A stretch of 64,000 nt of DNA. Origin: Pirellula sp. Lineage in GTDB: Bacteria > Planctomycetota > Planctomycetia > Pirellulales > Pirellulaceae. Numbering within the stretch: the stretch's first letter is position 1; each line of letters begins with the position of its first letter. Shown here one piece after another: positions 30,260 to 38,143 of the stretch. The notes below the pieces were generated by a model that worked only from the letters and a program-made list of their open reading frames with translations, had not been told where the DNA came from and did not search any database. Where the stretch lies: positions 18,949-82,948 of the forward strand of contig JBKCTT010000154.1 of the NCBI GenBank assembly GCA_046318795.1, in the 5' to 3' direction. The position numbers were made by a program, and so were the translations under genes.

Positions 30260-32725
30260 CTAAGCATTTCTTCTCGCCTCCGTTTTCAATTTTTCCAATT
30301 CCAAAACTTGTTCTGTTTTTCGTTTTTCAATTTTCAAATCAAGATCTTTGCAGGTTTCTGCAGAGTCGCTGTTTTCAGAAATGGCAAGGAAGGACCTGCC
30401 ATGCTTCCGAGACGGGTTTCTTTGGAGACGTGTAAGCAGTCCGCATCCAATCAAGCGATCGCACAGCTGGGCAGCGGAACGACCGTTGAATCGCTCTCCT
30501 TGAGCCTGGGAGACCATTTCGGCCAGAGTGTCGAGTTGGACAATGACTCGATAGGGCGGCTTGTATTCGTAGCTCTCGAGCCAACTGTCGACCGTCGCTT
30601 GAATCGTGTTAGCTGACTCGGCATCGCCATCATTGATTTGTTCGCGGAATGCAAGAAGCTCGGCAACAGTGGTTGGATCTTCAAGTCGACTAAGGATCTC
30701 CTTTTGCCAGATCGCATGTCGGCTATAAAGGGGAAACTCCTTTGTTGGTAACGAGAAGAATCTCTTCACATCGGCAATCACATCCCAGTGGTGATTCTCA
30801 ATAAACGATTGAACCTCGTTTATCCAGTTTGGTTTTCTCTCTGGTTGCTTTAGCGTGATCGACACCAACCTCTGCGCCATGTCGCGACTAAAAGTCGCTG
30901 AATTGAATGTGACGAACAGAACGTATCTGTTTGGACGATCGCAGTTGCCAAAATACATCCGATGACCTGACAAGCTTGTCGACGTCATAAGTGCTTCGAT
31001 AGTAGCCGACGAAAACAAATTGGTTTTGATGTTGTCGAGCAAGATCGAGCGACAACTGGAATCACCATTCAGAAGTCGCTTCATGATCTCATCACGCTTG
31101 GCTGTTTGGTCAAAATCGATCGATCCGCCAGTCAGCTTAGTGATCAAATTTACAGCGGTCGTTTTCCCACTTCCCTGACCTTGCAACGAGCCGAAATGGA
31201 ATCCAGGTCGGTGACCTAACGGACCTCCCCAGAACGTTGTAGCGATCGCAGCTCGCAACAGTTCTCTATCCATGGGGGTCGCTGGTGAGAAGTAGTCTAA
31301 AAACTTTTCTAAGTGCTCTCCGGATCCTTCCTTGATCTCTTGATGGACATAGTAAGTCCTCGGCATAGCTGGGAAATGTGGATAAAGCTCCACGCTGTCA
31401 AATGATTCGAGAGCGCTGGAGTGACATAGAGAATCAAAAAACTCATCTCGAGAAACGAAACTAGGACCGGTTTTCCAAGTGACATTAAAGCGTTCACGGA
31501 TCCACCCGAATAATTGAGAGTGCTTGCGAAATGACCTATAGTTTCCAGCGTCAATCGTGAACAGTTCGCCAGCGTTTCTCTTGGGGAAACCTTGATTGAG
31601 CTTGATAATTGTTTGGACGATCTTTGGCAAAGATTCAGCCACCTCTTTGACTTCCTCGACACCATTGGCATCTTTAACTCTTTCCAGCTTGAAGTTGCGA
31701 ATGACGCGACTGTTTCGAATCTCTTCGTCATACTTTTTTGCGTCAAAAAGTTCACTCCCTTCTGCGATCGCAACAAGCTTTTCAAAAGTACCGCCTTCGA
31801 CGTAGAAGTCTCGTAAGTCCTTGCCCTTTTTTTCAACGATCTCAAATGGAAGTAAGACGTTGCGAGTGGGAGCAATATCCGAGAGCTTTCGACACCACCG
31901 GCCGGCCCCAACTTGTCCAGCGGAATCTGCATCGTGAACGACCCAACACTCTTCTGGCTTGAGTGCTTCAAGCATCGGAATGAACCAGGGGGACACCTTT
32001 CTGTCTGATGTGGCTCCATCAGAGTTAGACCATATCAAGAAACGCTTTCCGTTTCTTGGAGTCGCCTCGGTGACACTGGCAAGAAAATCACTAGCGCCTT
32101 CAACCTTAATGCAAATCAGATTTGGAGTGAGCTTGCCAGCAGTAAGCAGTTCGCGGTCTTCGAGTGTTAAAAAAACGCCGTTTCGATCGTATGGGGAATC
32201 TTGCGAAACTTTCGAGTAGACTACCTTACCCGAGACTGGATTCCCCATCTTGCGTTTACTCTTGTCAAACGTCGCTGGATGCTTCGAACCTGTTACTGGA
32301 AAGATGTTCCAGTTGCAGAGAGACAAATTGCGATGACCGTAAATTGGCAGCCCAAAGACTCCCCAAGAAGACCTAAGTCCCCTTGGATACCAGGTTGCGT
32401 ACTTTATGCCAGCCAGTTCAAACGCTTCCGGTTTTAATGGGGGCTTTCTGGACAAAAATTGCAACTGAAGTTTGTGAGGAACTTCTGGCTTGATATCCAG
32501 TTTCACAGGCTTGTGGACGCAGTAACCATCCGACGCGATTTCTTCACGTTTCAGCGGACTGTCGGAATACTTAGGTGCACTTATCTGTTTTATTGAATTA
32601 GAATTCAGGGTGGAAGCCTGTTCCGTCATTCCTGACGAGTTCTGTTCCGTTTCACTTCCACCCTGAATGTTTTCAATTGCCGAATCGGCAAGATCAATAG
32701 TTATGTTTGACTTAATGCATTCCAT
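30260..32725 (-). CDS. Primase-helicase (Toprim + P-loop NTPase), P4 alpha/PICI Pri-Rep-like
   Basis: Toprim VEGASDF and HDADSAG (DxD), 'KGKDLRDF'; Walker A GSGKTT, Walker B ILLDNI; 821 aa. Confidence 0.88.
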   Translation of the reverse strand: MECIKSNITIDLADSAIENIQGGSETEQNSSGMTEQASTLNSNSIKQISAPKYSDSPLKREEIASDGYCVHKPVKLDIKPEVPHKLQLQFLSRKPPLKPEAFELAGIKYATWYPRGLRSSWGVFGLPIYGHRNLSLCNWNIFPVTGSKHPATFDKSKRKMGNPVSGKVVYSKVSQDSPYDRNGVFLTLEDRELLTAGKLTPNLICIKVEGASDFLASVTEATPRNGKRFLIWSNSDGATSDRKVSPWFIPMLEALKPEECWVVHDADSAGQVGAGRWCRKLSDIAPTRNVLLPFEIVEKKGKDLRDFYVEGGTFEKLVAIAEGSELFDAKKYDEEIRNSRVIRNFKLERVKDANGVEEVKEVAESLPKIVQTIIKLNQGFPKRNAGELFTIDAGNYRSFRKHSQLFGWIRERFNVTWKTGPSFVSRDEFFDSLCHSSALESFDSVELYPHFPAMPRTYYVHQEIKEGSGEHLEKFLDYFSPATPMDRELLRAAIATTFWGGPLGHRPGFHFGSLQGQGSGKTTAVNLITKLTGGSIDFDQTAKRDEIMKRLLNGDSSCRSILLDNIKTNLFSSATIEALMTSTSLSGHRMYFGNCDRPNRYVLFVTFNSATFSRDMAQRLVSITLKQPERKPNWINEVQSFIENHHWDVIADVKRFFSLPTKEFPLYSRHAIWQKEILSRLEDPTTVAELLAFREQINDGDAESANTIQATVDSWLESYEYKPPYRVIVQLDTLAEMVSQAQGERFNGRSAAQLCDRLIGCGLLTRLQRNPSRKHGRSFLAISENSDSAETCKDLDLKIEKRKTEQVLELEKLKTEARRNA

Positions 32726-32840
32726 CGCGATAATTCATTGTGCATGAGAACTAACAAGTCGCTTGAAGCAACTTGGAAACGTTGGGTCAAGTCGGTTGGG
32801 GATGCCGGCTTGACCCTTTTTTTATTGGCCGATCTCGCTT

Positions 32841-33830
32841 CTAAATCTCAAGATCTGCCACTGTTGCCGCTTCGACCTTGGCCCTGCGAGTCGGCATGGA
32901 TCCCACAGCCCTGGAAGCGACCTGTTCAGCTTGGAGTCTCTTGGCCTCTGAATCCTTATCTGATGCGTCTACCACTTCAGCAGGTGCAACCGTTGGCTCG
33001 CTTGGCAGCTCGGTGGGCAGCGGTTCAAGATCCCGACCGACTAGCGCATGCTCAAGGTTTCTACGTTGAACTTCAAGTTGCAGATCGAGAAGCCTTCCTT
33101 CGTGGTAGTTGCGTTGCAGCTCAGCGATTACTTCAGGAAGCCTTGCTTCAAGCTTTTTTCGGTCCGCAGGTAATAGTTCGCCACCACCGGACATTGTCAT
33201 GTTGCGATGCAATGACTGCTTGATGTAATTAAGTTCTTTCCTGCCAGATTCCTCAGATGCAAGTTGAGCTTTCTTCTTTTCGATGACGCGATCGTAAACG
33301 CCTTTTTCTGACCTATACTCTTCAGATGGTTGGTATCTTTCTAACATCCTCTGGGCGCCCATAGCGTCTTCAAGCTCGTATCGCGTCTGTCGAGCTTTTC
33401 GATCAAGACGAACATACTCGTCTTCCATCTCCTTTTCTGTTTTCTTCCAATGCTCCTTGTAAGCGTTTCTCTCCTGAAGTTCTTGCTGTTCACGCATTTT
33501 CAGGAACGGAATCTGAGCAGTTTTTCGTGACCATTCAGGCGACGAAAAGTGTATCTCAATCTCGTTTTGTAGACGTTCTGGCGTCCATTCAGAATCTTTC
33601 AACAGTCGAGCAATCTTTTCAGAATTGACTTCGCGACTCTCCCGACGGGCGGATTTGATTTCGGCAGTAATCTCTTTACGAGCATCCTGTTTAATTCGCT
33701 CGGAAGCTTCCGTAATGCTATTTGCGATGTTGCTCGCGATTTTCACGCTGGTTTGAGACAATAAACTCATATGACAATTCCTTGAGGAAGTTAGATTTTG
33801 ATTTGGAAAAACTGGGCGTGTCCTGGGCAC
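32841..33830 (-). CDS. Coiled-coil hypothetical protein
   Basis: E/K/R-rich heptad-like helices; likely start ATG 33770 (MSLLSQ). Confidence 0.7.
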   Translation of the reverse strand: MPRTRPVFPNQNLTSSRNCHMSLLSQTSVKIASNIANSITEASERIKQDARKEITAEIKSARRESREVNSEKIARLLKDSEWTPERLQNEIEIHFSSPEWSRKTAQIPFLKMREQQELQERNAYKEHWKKTEKEMEDEYVRLDRKARQTRYELEDAMGAQRMLERYQPSEEYRSEKGVYDRVIEKKKAQLASEESGRKELNYIKQSLHRNMTMSGGGELLPADRKKLEARLPEVIAELQRNYHEGRLLDLQLEVQRRNLEHALVGRDLEPLPTELPSEPTVAPAEVVDASDKDSEAKRLQAEQVASRAVGSMPTRRAKVEAATVADLEI

Positions 33831-33844
33831 CAGGGAGGGAATAC

Positions 33845-34318
33845 TTACCGAACGTTCGCAGCTGCGACGAGCTTACGACGAACGTTTGGATATTTCTTGG
33901 CGACGATGCAAGCGGCACGAATAGCATCGCACTTAGATCGCTTCATCTCCGAGCGGATGTTCTGTTGCCAGAGGGACTGCAAAGCCTTCAGCTCCTCCTC
34001 TGGGTCTTCTGATTTGGATCGCTTGGACTTCGCCTTTCGCTTGGTGACAGGCTGTTCCACCTCATCATCATCAAGATCTTCATCGAGTTCTTCGTCATCG
34101 ATCTCGGTGTCATCCGAATCAAGATCTTCTTCAAGATCCTCATCCTGGACCTTCTTCTTGGGGTTGGCAGCTCGGACAACTGCAGCGCGAAGTTCTGGAT
34201 GCAGCTTCGACGCTAAAGACGCAGCTCTGATTGGATCCCCCTTCGCAGCTGGCAGTTGATCGCGAATTGCTTTCTGCCAGTCGGCTCTTGCCTCGGATAG
34301 ACTCATATTCTTCTTCAT
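33845..34318 (-). CDS. Hypothetical protein: two repeated helical domains joined by an acidic linker (scaffold-like)
   Basis: WQKAIR..DPIRAA..LHPELRAAVVRAAN vs WQQNIR..DAIRAA..KYPNVRRKLVAAAN; D/E-rich linker. Confidence 0.75.
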   Translation of the reverse strand: MKKNMSLSEARADWQKAIRDQLPAAKGDPIRAASLASKLHPELRAAVVRAANPKKKVQDEDLEEDLDSDDTEIDDEELDEDLDDDEVEQPVTKRKAKSKRSKSEDPEEELKALQSLWQQNIRSEMKRSKCDAIRAACIVAKKYPNVRRKLVAAANVR

Positions 34319-34383
34319 TGGAATTCCCTTTCACGGAATTGGTTGATATGTGGGACAAGTGATTCCTGCCCCTAAATGTGTTG

Positions 34384-34803
34384 TTATGTCAATTCGAGCT
34401 TCGAATTGACTTGGTCGAGAACTATCTGGAATCCGCGTACAACGCCGCGTTCCCAAGCTTCGATCTTTAATGGTGTGACCAGTTGTGTAGTCGGTTCATA
34501 AAGCATGTTGACGATGCTTGGCGGTACGTCGGTACTTAGGAAGACGTACAAATCGAACCCCTCTTCGTCGAAATCAGCAGCTTCGACAACTCGGTCCAAA
34601 TCTGCGTAGGTCATGTGCTCCTTCGAAAATTCGATGCCAGCTTCGACCCCTTGCTCCTTGATCGCTGCCAGGTGCTCTCGACCCTGGGAAACAAGTCGGC
34701 CGATGGTTTTCTCATTGGCAATTACTATGCCCATGTTCATATCCTTACTGAGAAGATAAAGAGACTCATCGAGACCGATGAGTCGGAAGATACGCCAGGC
34801 CAA
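34384..34803 (-). CDS. Hypothetical protein
   Basis: 139 aa ORF in the element's gene run; likely start ATG 34737. Confidence 0.6.
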   Translation of the reverse strand: MAWRIFRLIGLDESLYLLSKDMNMGIVIANEKTIGRLVSQGREHLAAIKEQGVEAGIEFSKEHMTYADLDRVVEAADFDEEGFDLYVFLSTDVPPSIVNMLYEPTTQLVTPLKIEAWERGVVRGFQIVLDQVNSKLELT

Positions 34804-35022
34804 TTAGCCTTGGCAAAGATGCTCAACGTTGTTGCCGCGATCGATTCGACTCGCTGCGAACATGGCGTCAATGTCGGCGCTGTCGATCCGAACTAAACGA
34901 CCGACCTTGCTTGCCGGAAGCTCCCCTTGAGAGATGAGGTTGCGAACATGGACTTTCGAACAGTTCAGAACCTTTGCCGTTTGCTCAATGGAGAGTTTTT
35001 CCGAGACGATTTGATGCTTCAT
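34804..35022 (-). CDS. Excisionase-family helix-turn-helix protein (HTH_17/Xis-like)
   Basis: LSIEQTAKVLNCSKVHVRNLISQGELPASKVGRLVRIDSADID. Confidence 0.88.
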   Translation of the reverse strand: MKHQIVSEKLSIEQTAKVLNCSKVHVRNLISQGELPASKVGRLVRIDSADIDAMFAASRIDRGNNVEHLCQG

Positions 35023-35121
35023 TTGTTGATCCCCTTATTGGAAATGCTGACTAAGGCGGTGTGCCTTCGATGTCAACAAATGTTAGGGATCAAGCAGGTT
35101 CAATCTACATGCTTCGCAACA

Positions 35122-35247
35122 GGTGGGAATCTTGGTGGGGCAAAATAGGTGGGAGAGTTTTCGTTGCTACTGAGTAAACCAGATGCTAAGGAGTGCAATC
35201 AAAAAATCTCGTTTTTTTCTTTAGGTGGGAAAGTTGGTGGGAGAGTT
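35122..35247. promoter_or_regulatory. Array of GGTGGG-core 12-bp direct repeats upstream of the xis-like gene
   Basis: GGTGGGAGAGTT 35148 and 35236, GGTGGGAAAGTT 35224, GGTGGGAATCTT 35122, GGTGGGGCAAAA 35134. Confidence 0.55.
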
Positions 35248-35265
35248 GGCCCTGGTTTCCACTAC

Positions 35266-36057
35266 CTATTTTTGATCTTTCCAAGCTAAGAACTGGATCA
35301 TGAAGTCGCAGAACTCAACGGGGCTTGAAGTAAAACTGCTCGTGCGTTGCCTTCGATAGACCTCTTCGAGATTCCCAAGCTTTCGACCAAACTGCTTTGT
35401 TAGTGCTTCCTCACTCATGCTTGGCGGAAGAGTGCCTAAGTTCTTTTGATGCAGCTCTTTTGCAGACTCTTCTCGGCTGCGATTCCCGTTATCAGGTTTT
35501 TGATTTACGTAATGAACAATTCCACATTGAATCCATTCAGACTGTTTAGACCAGTTTTTACGAAACCTCTGGAAGTGATCTTCGAGAGATTTGTCGAATG
35601 GTTTAGGTTTGTTTTCAAGCCTCGATTCTATGGCTACTGCTACTCCTTCGAAACCCGCTGCAATGTACGCCATGCGATCTGGATCAAACACCGGTCCAGC
35701 ATAGTCATAGAAGATGGGTATGAAGCGAGATTCAGCATTGAACTCGCCCGGGATGTAGGTCTTGGCGTCCAGCAAATCGGGCGATGTATCGACGTCGACT
35801 AGGATCTCTTGGAAGTCGCGAACGTAATGTTCCGTCTGATAACCGACCGCGATGTCCATCTTCTTACCAAAGGGAATATCGGCTAACTCTGGAAGCAAAC
35901 CGAGACTGACAGCTTCCTCGAAATGATGTTCGATTGTCAAAAGATAATCGGATGAGATGTGAGAAGTTGCAGATTCGAATCTTCTCGCATGAGCATAAAA
36001 ACGCTTCACCAATACGCTAGCGCGTTCCCTGACCGATACTTCGCTCGGCATGAGCAT
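35266..36057 (-). CDS. Hypothetical protein (candidate element regulator)
   Basis: 263 aa ORF; possible C-terminal HTH-like segment; no recognisable family. Confidence 0.65.
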   Translation of the reverse strand: MLMPSEVSVRERASVLVKRFYAHARRFESATSHISSDYLLTIEHHFEEAVSLGLLPELADIPFGKKMDIAVGYQTEHYVRDFQEILVDVDTSPDLLDAKTYIPGEFNAESRFIPIFYDYAGPVFDPDRMAYIAAGFEGVAVAIESRLENKPKPFDKSLEDHFQRFRKNWSKQSEWIQCGIVHYVNQKPDNGNRSREESAKELHQKNLGTLPPSMSEEALTKQFGRKLGNLEEVYRRQRTSSFTSSPVEFCDFMIQFLAWKDQK

Positions 36058-36229
36058 AACAGACTCCTTGTGTGATCAAAGGTTGGTTGCCAGCCCTCTG
36101 CCCACAAGGAGTGCAAAGCAGAATGCTGGCAACCATTCGGGACCGTCGCCCCTACCTAAATTTGTATCATCCGTCGACGACACAGAACAAAATCGTACCG
36201 GATCCGATCGAATCGGAAAATCAAAAAAT

Positions 36230-36490
36230 TTGCGTGCGAAAAAATCTCGCAACGAAAACGAAAATTCGAAAAACGAGAATTGTAAAAAATCTCTGTTTTC
36301 AATTCTAAATTTGTAAAAAATCTCAATTGTGAGACAAAATGTCACAGTTTTTTCATAAACCTAACTCTTTCGACGAAACGCGAGCCTATGCGACCGCATC
36401 GATTTAGGCAAAGGCTGGAAGGGACCCAGACTTGCAAGCGTAGGCGTTAGTTTCGGTGCCTCTCGCGTCGATTTAGACCCTACCCCCTAT
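36230..36490 (-). other. Candidate cos/pac-like packaging site
   Basis: Minus strand GGGTCCCTTCC (36417-36427) resembles the lambda cosQ region GGGTCCTTTCC; palindrome ATGCGACCGCAT 36388-36399; AAAAAATCTC boxes at 36239, 36284, 36315. Confidence 0.35.
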
Positions 36491-36736
36491 CGTTTGTTGC
36501 TCAGCTTGGCGGATGCGTTAAACGTGATTTTAGGGGCTCTTTGTGATGTGGAATTAACCTTGGTAGTCGTTTTTTGTGCTCAAAAACATAATTGGATTGA
36601 GTGCCAGGCCTTCAGGCCGTGTCTCTGGATCCAGCGACGATCTATCGAGCGACAACCGATCGCTTTAAGGAAAAAAAGAGGCGATAGGTTTCTCACCCAC
36701 TACCGCCCCCCATGCCAAAGCGTTGACGATGTGACC

Positions 36737-37186
36737 TTACGCCACCGCTTTGGCAAATTTTGTTGATAGAATCGGCTCGGATTGTTGCGACTCGATCAGT
36801 CCTTGGTCAGCTGCGAATCGTGCCAGGCCTCGCATGGCTTCCAATCGCAGCGATCGAGCCTTGGCCGATGCCAATTCACCTTTGACTCGAGCCATGAAGA
36901 GAGCGATGGTATCGACGTCCAGATCGTTCAGATTTGGTGTACGTTGAAGCATCTCTTCGAGAACGAAGATTGCGTCGCGATACGCTTCGACCGTCGAGTC
37001 TGACATGACCATGCCGTATCGACCGACATACATCTCCAATAGCTCAATAAGGCTCATCTCCTCGCGTTGTTGCTGCATTCGATTCGCCTGGTTGACTCTC
37101 ATGCCAAGCCACTTGTGCAACTTCTCGGAATCCTCGATCGATAGGCCAGCTGCGTCGATCATCAATTGGATATCTCTCAGTTCCAT
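36737..37186 (-). CDS. Stand-alone integrase core-binding (SAM-like) domain protein
   Basis: LIELLEMYV..MSDSTVEAYRDAI..NLNDLDVDTIALFM..KARSLRLEAMRGLARFAADQGLI; no catalytic domain follows. Confidence 0.65.
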   Translation of the reverse strand: MELRDIQLMIDAAGLSIEDSEKLHKWLGMRVNQANRMQQQREEMSLIELLEMYVGRYGMVMSDSTVEAYRDAIFVLEEMLQRTPNLNDLDVDTIALFMARVKGELASAKARSLRLEAMRGLARFAADQGLIESQQSEPILSTKFAKAVA

Positions 37187-37188
37187 GA

Positions 37189-37500
37189 TTACTCAACCTC
37201 GCTTTCGATTTGCAAGCGGCTGATTTCTGGGTGGGTCTCGGTGATCGAATCCCAGCGATCCTGAAACGATCCTTGCTGCAACGCTGCAGATATATGTTCG
37301 TCAATCCACTCACCACAAGATGCTTCAACAAACTGTTGCTTTTCGTCGTAACCTACCGCAGCTCGGAGGTGACAAGCGACGATACCGAGTTCGGTCGGAT
37401 CTTTAACTAGACCTCGATCAATGGCATCAGCAGCATTTCGGAAAAACGCCGCCAGCATCGCTCGGTCGTTCTCGGTAAAAATTCGTTCTAGCTTTGACAT
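37189..37500 (-). CDS. Hypothetical protein
   Basis: 103 aa ORF, 2 bp from the downstream ORF. Confidence 0.6.
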   Translation of the reverse strand: MSKLERIFTENDRAMLAAFFRNAADAIDRGLVKDPTELGIVACHLRAAVGYDEKQQFVEASCGEWIDEHISAALQQGSFQDRWDSITETHPEISRLQIESEVE

Positions 37501-37608
37501 GATAAAAACCCTTGTTGTCTGTTGGGGATGTAAAGCTTGGCGATGTAACAGACCGACACCGCTTCGCTGGGCTGCCAGGGGAAAAAGAATCCCTCGGCTT
37601 GTGCGGTG

Positions 37609-37932
37609 TTATTTGGGCTTTCTGGGATGACTCGTTGTCGCTGCGACCTCGGATCGCTTCCGACGTCTACGCTTGGGCCCGGTGCCGACGTCGACAATCT
37701 GGGCAATCATGGCTCGTTGAGTGCTTGTGTATCGTGTCCACCGTTTGGCCAGGCGGGTGACAATGCGTGTCAGCTCAGGATCCGAGATGCGAACGACCAA
37801 TTCGTCGTTGGAGTGGGCGGTGCTATGAAGAGACTTGCCGGTGATTGAGCAAATTTGAGGTTTCGTGCCGACTGCTTCGGAATTTGCTTCGGGTCGAATT
37901 TTTACGCAAATTCCCTGGGAATCTGAGCCTTT
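37609..37932 (-). CDS. Orphan integrase C-terminal extension (in frame with int across attP)
   Basis: Frame is open from the attR core (37932) to the stop at 37609; offset 15,284 keeps the int frame; contains DPELTRIVTRLAKRW...RAMIAQIV. Confidence 0.6.
   Translation of the reverse strand, partial: KGSDSQGICVKIRPEANSEAVGTKPQICSITGKSLHSTAHSNDELVVRISDPELTRIVTRLAKRWTRYTSTQRAMIAQIVDVGTGPKRRRRKRSEVAATTSHPRKPK
37873..37894 (+). repeat. Putative integrase arm-type site, right arm
   Basis: TGCTTCGGAATTTGCTTCGGGT, 21/22 identical to 22769-22790. Confidence 0.7.
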
Positions 37933-37952
37933 TCGAGTCCAATATCGTCCAC
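37932..37952 (+). repeat. attR core, 21-bp direct repeat of the tRNA-Val 3' end
   Basis: TTCGAGTCCAATATCGTCCAC identical to 22648-22668. Confidence 0.95.
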
Positions 37953-38068
37953 TAATAAAAAACCAGGGTTTACCTGGGGTTCTTCATTGAGGGATTTTCT
38001 TTTCCCCCAAAAGCTCTCAGCCCCACACCACTCGGCGCTCTTGTTACAATAATTGCCGGCTTAGGCGA

Positions 38069-38116
38069 ATAGGTCGAATGAGTCCTGTAGGACCTATATG
38101 TTCCATTGGTCCTATG
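38069..38116 (+). repeat. Degenerate 9-bp tandem repeat upstream of the four-helix-bundle gene
   Basis: ATAGGTCGA/ATGAGTCCT/GTAGGACCT/ATATGTTCC/ATTGGTCCT. Confidence 0.5.
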
Positions 38117-38143
38117 CGCCCTTTTTTCTTTAGGAGTTACACC

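Larger units (their letters stand above)
22648..37952. mobile_element. tRNA-Val-integrated element (15,284 bp between cores), phage-satellite-like
   Basis: Perfect 21-bp att repeats, integrase next to attL, primase-helicase, Xis-like HTH, phage structural-like genes, all ORFs on the minus strand; no capsid, portal or terminase recognised. Confidence 0.9.

Noticed and set aside
29710-30267. 185-aa minus-strand ORF over the iteron region
   Set aside because: Low-complexity translation of repeats and purine/pyrimidine tracts; better explained as a non-coding origin
32738-33223. 161-aa plus-strand ORF in the element
   Set aside because: Antisense shadow of the coiled-coil gene with no recognisable features; the same applies to most short overlapping ORFs in the track
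36050-36345. Short ORFs on both strands over the A-tract region
   Set aside because: Translations are K/N- or F/S-rich artefacts of A-tract DNA
22648-37952. Complete inducible prophage
   Set aside because: No recognisable major capsid, portal, terminase, lysis or tail-tube genes, and only 15.3 kb
22648-37952. Conjugative ICE/IME
   Set aside because: No relaxase, coupling protein or T4SS motifs recognised
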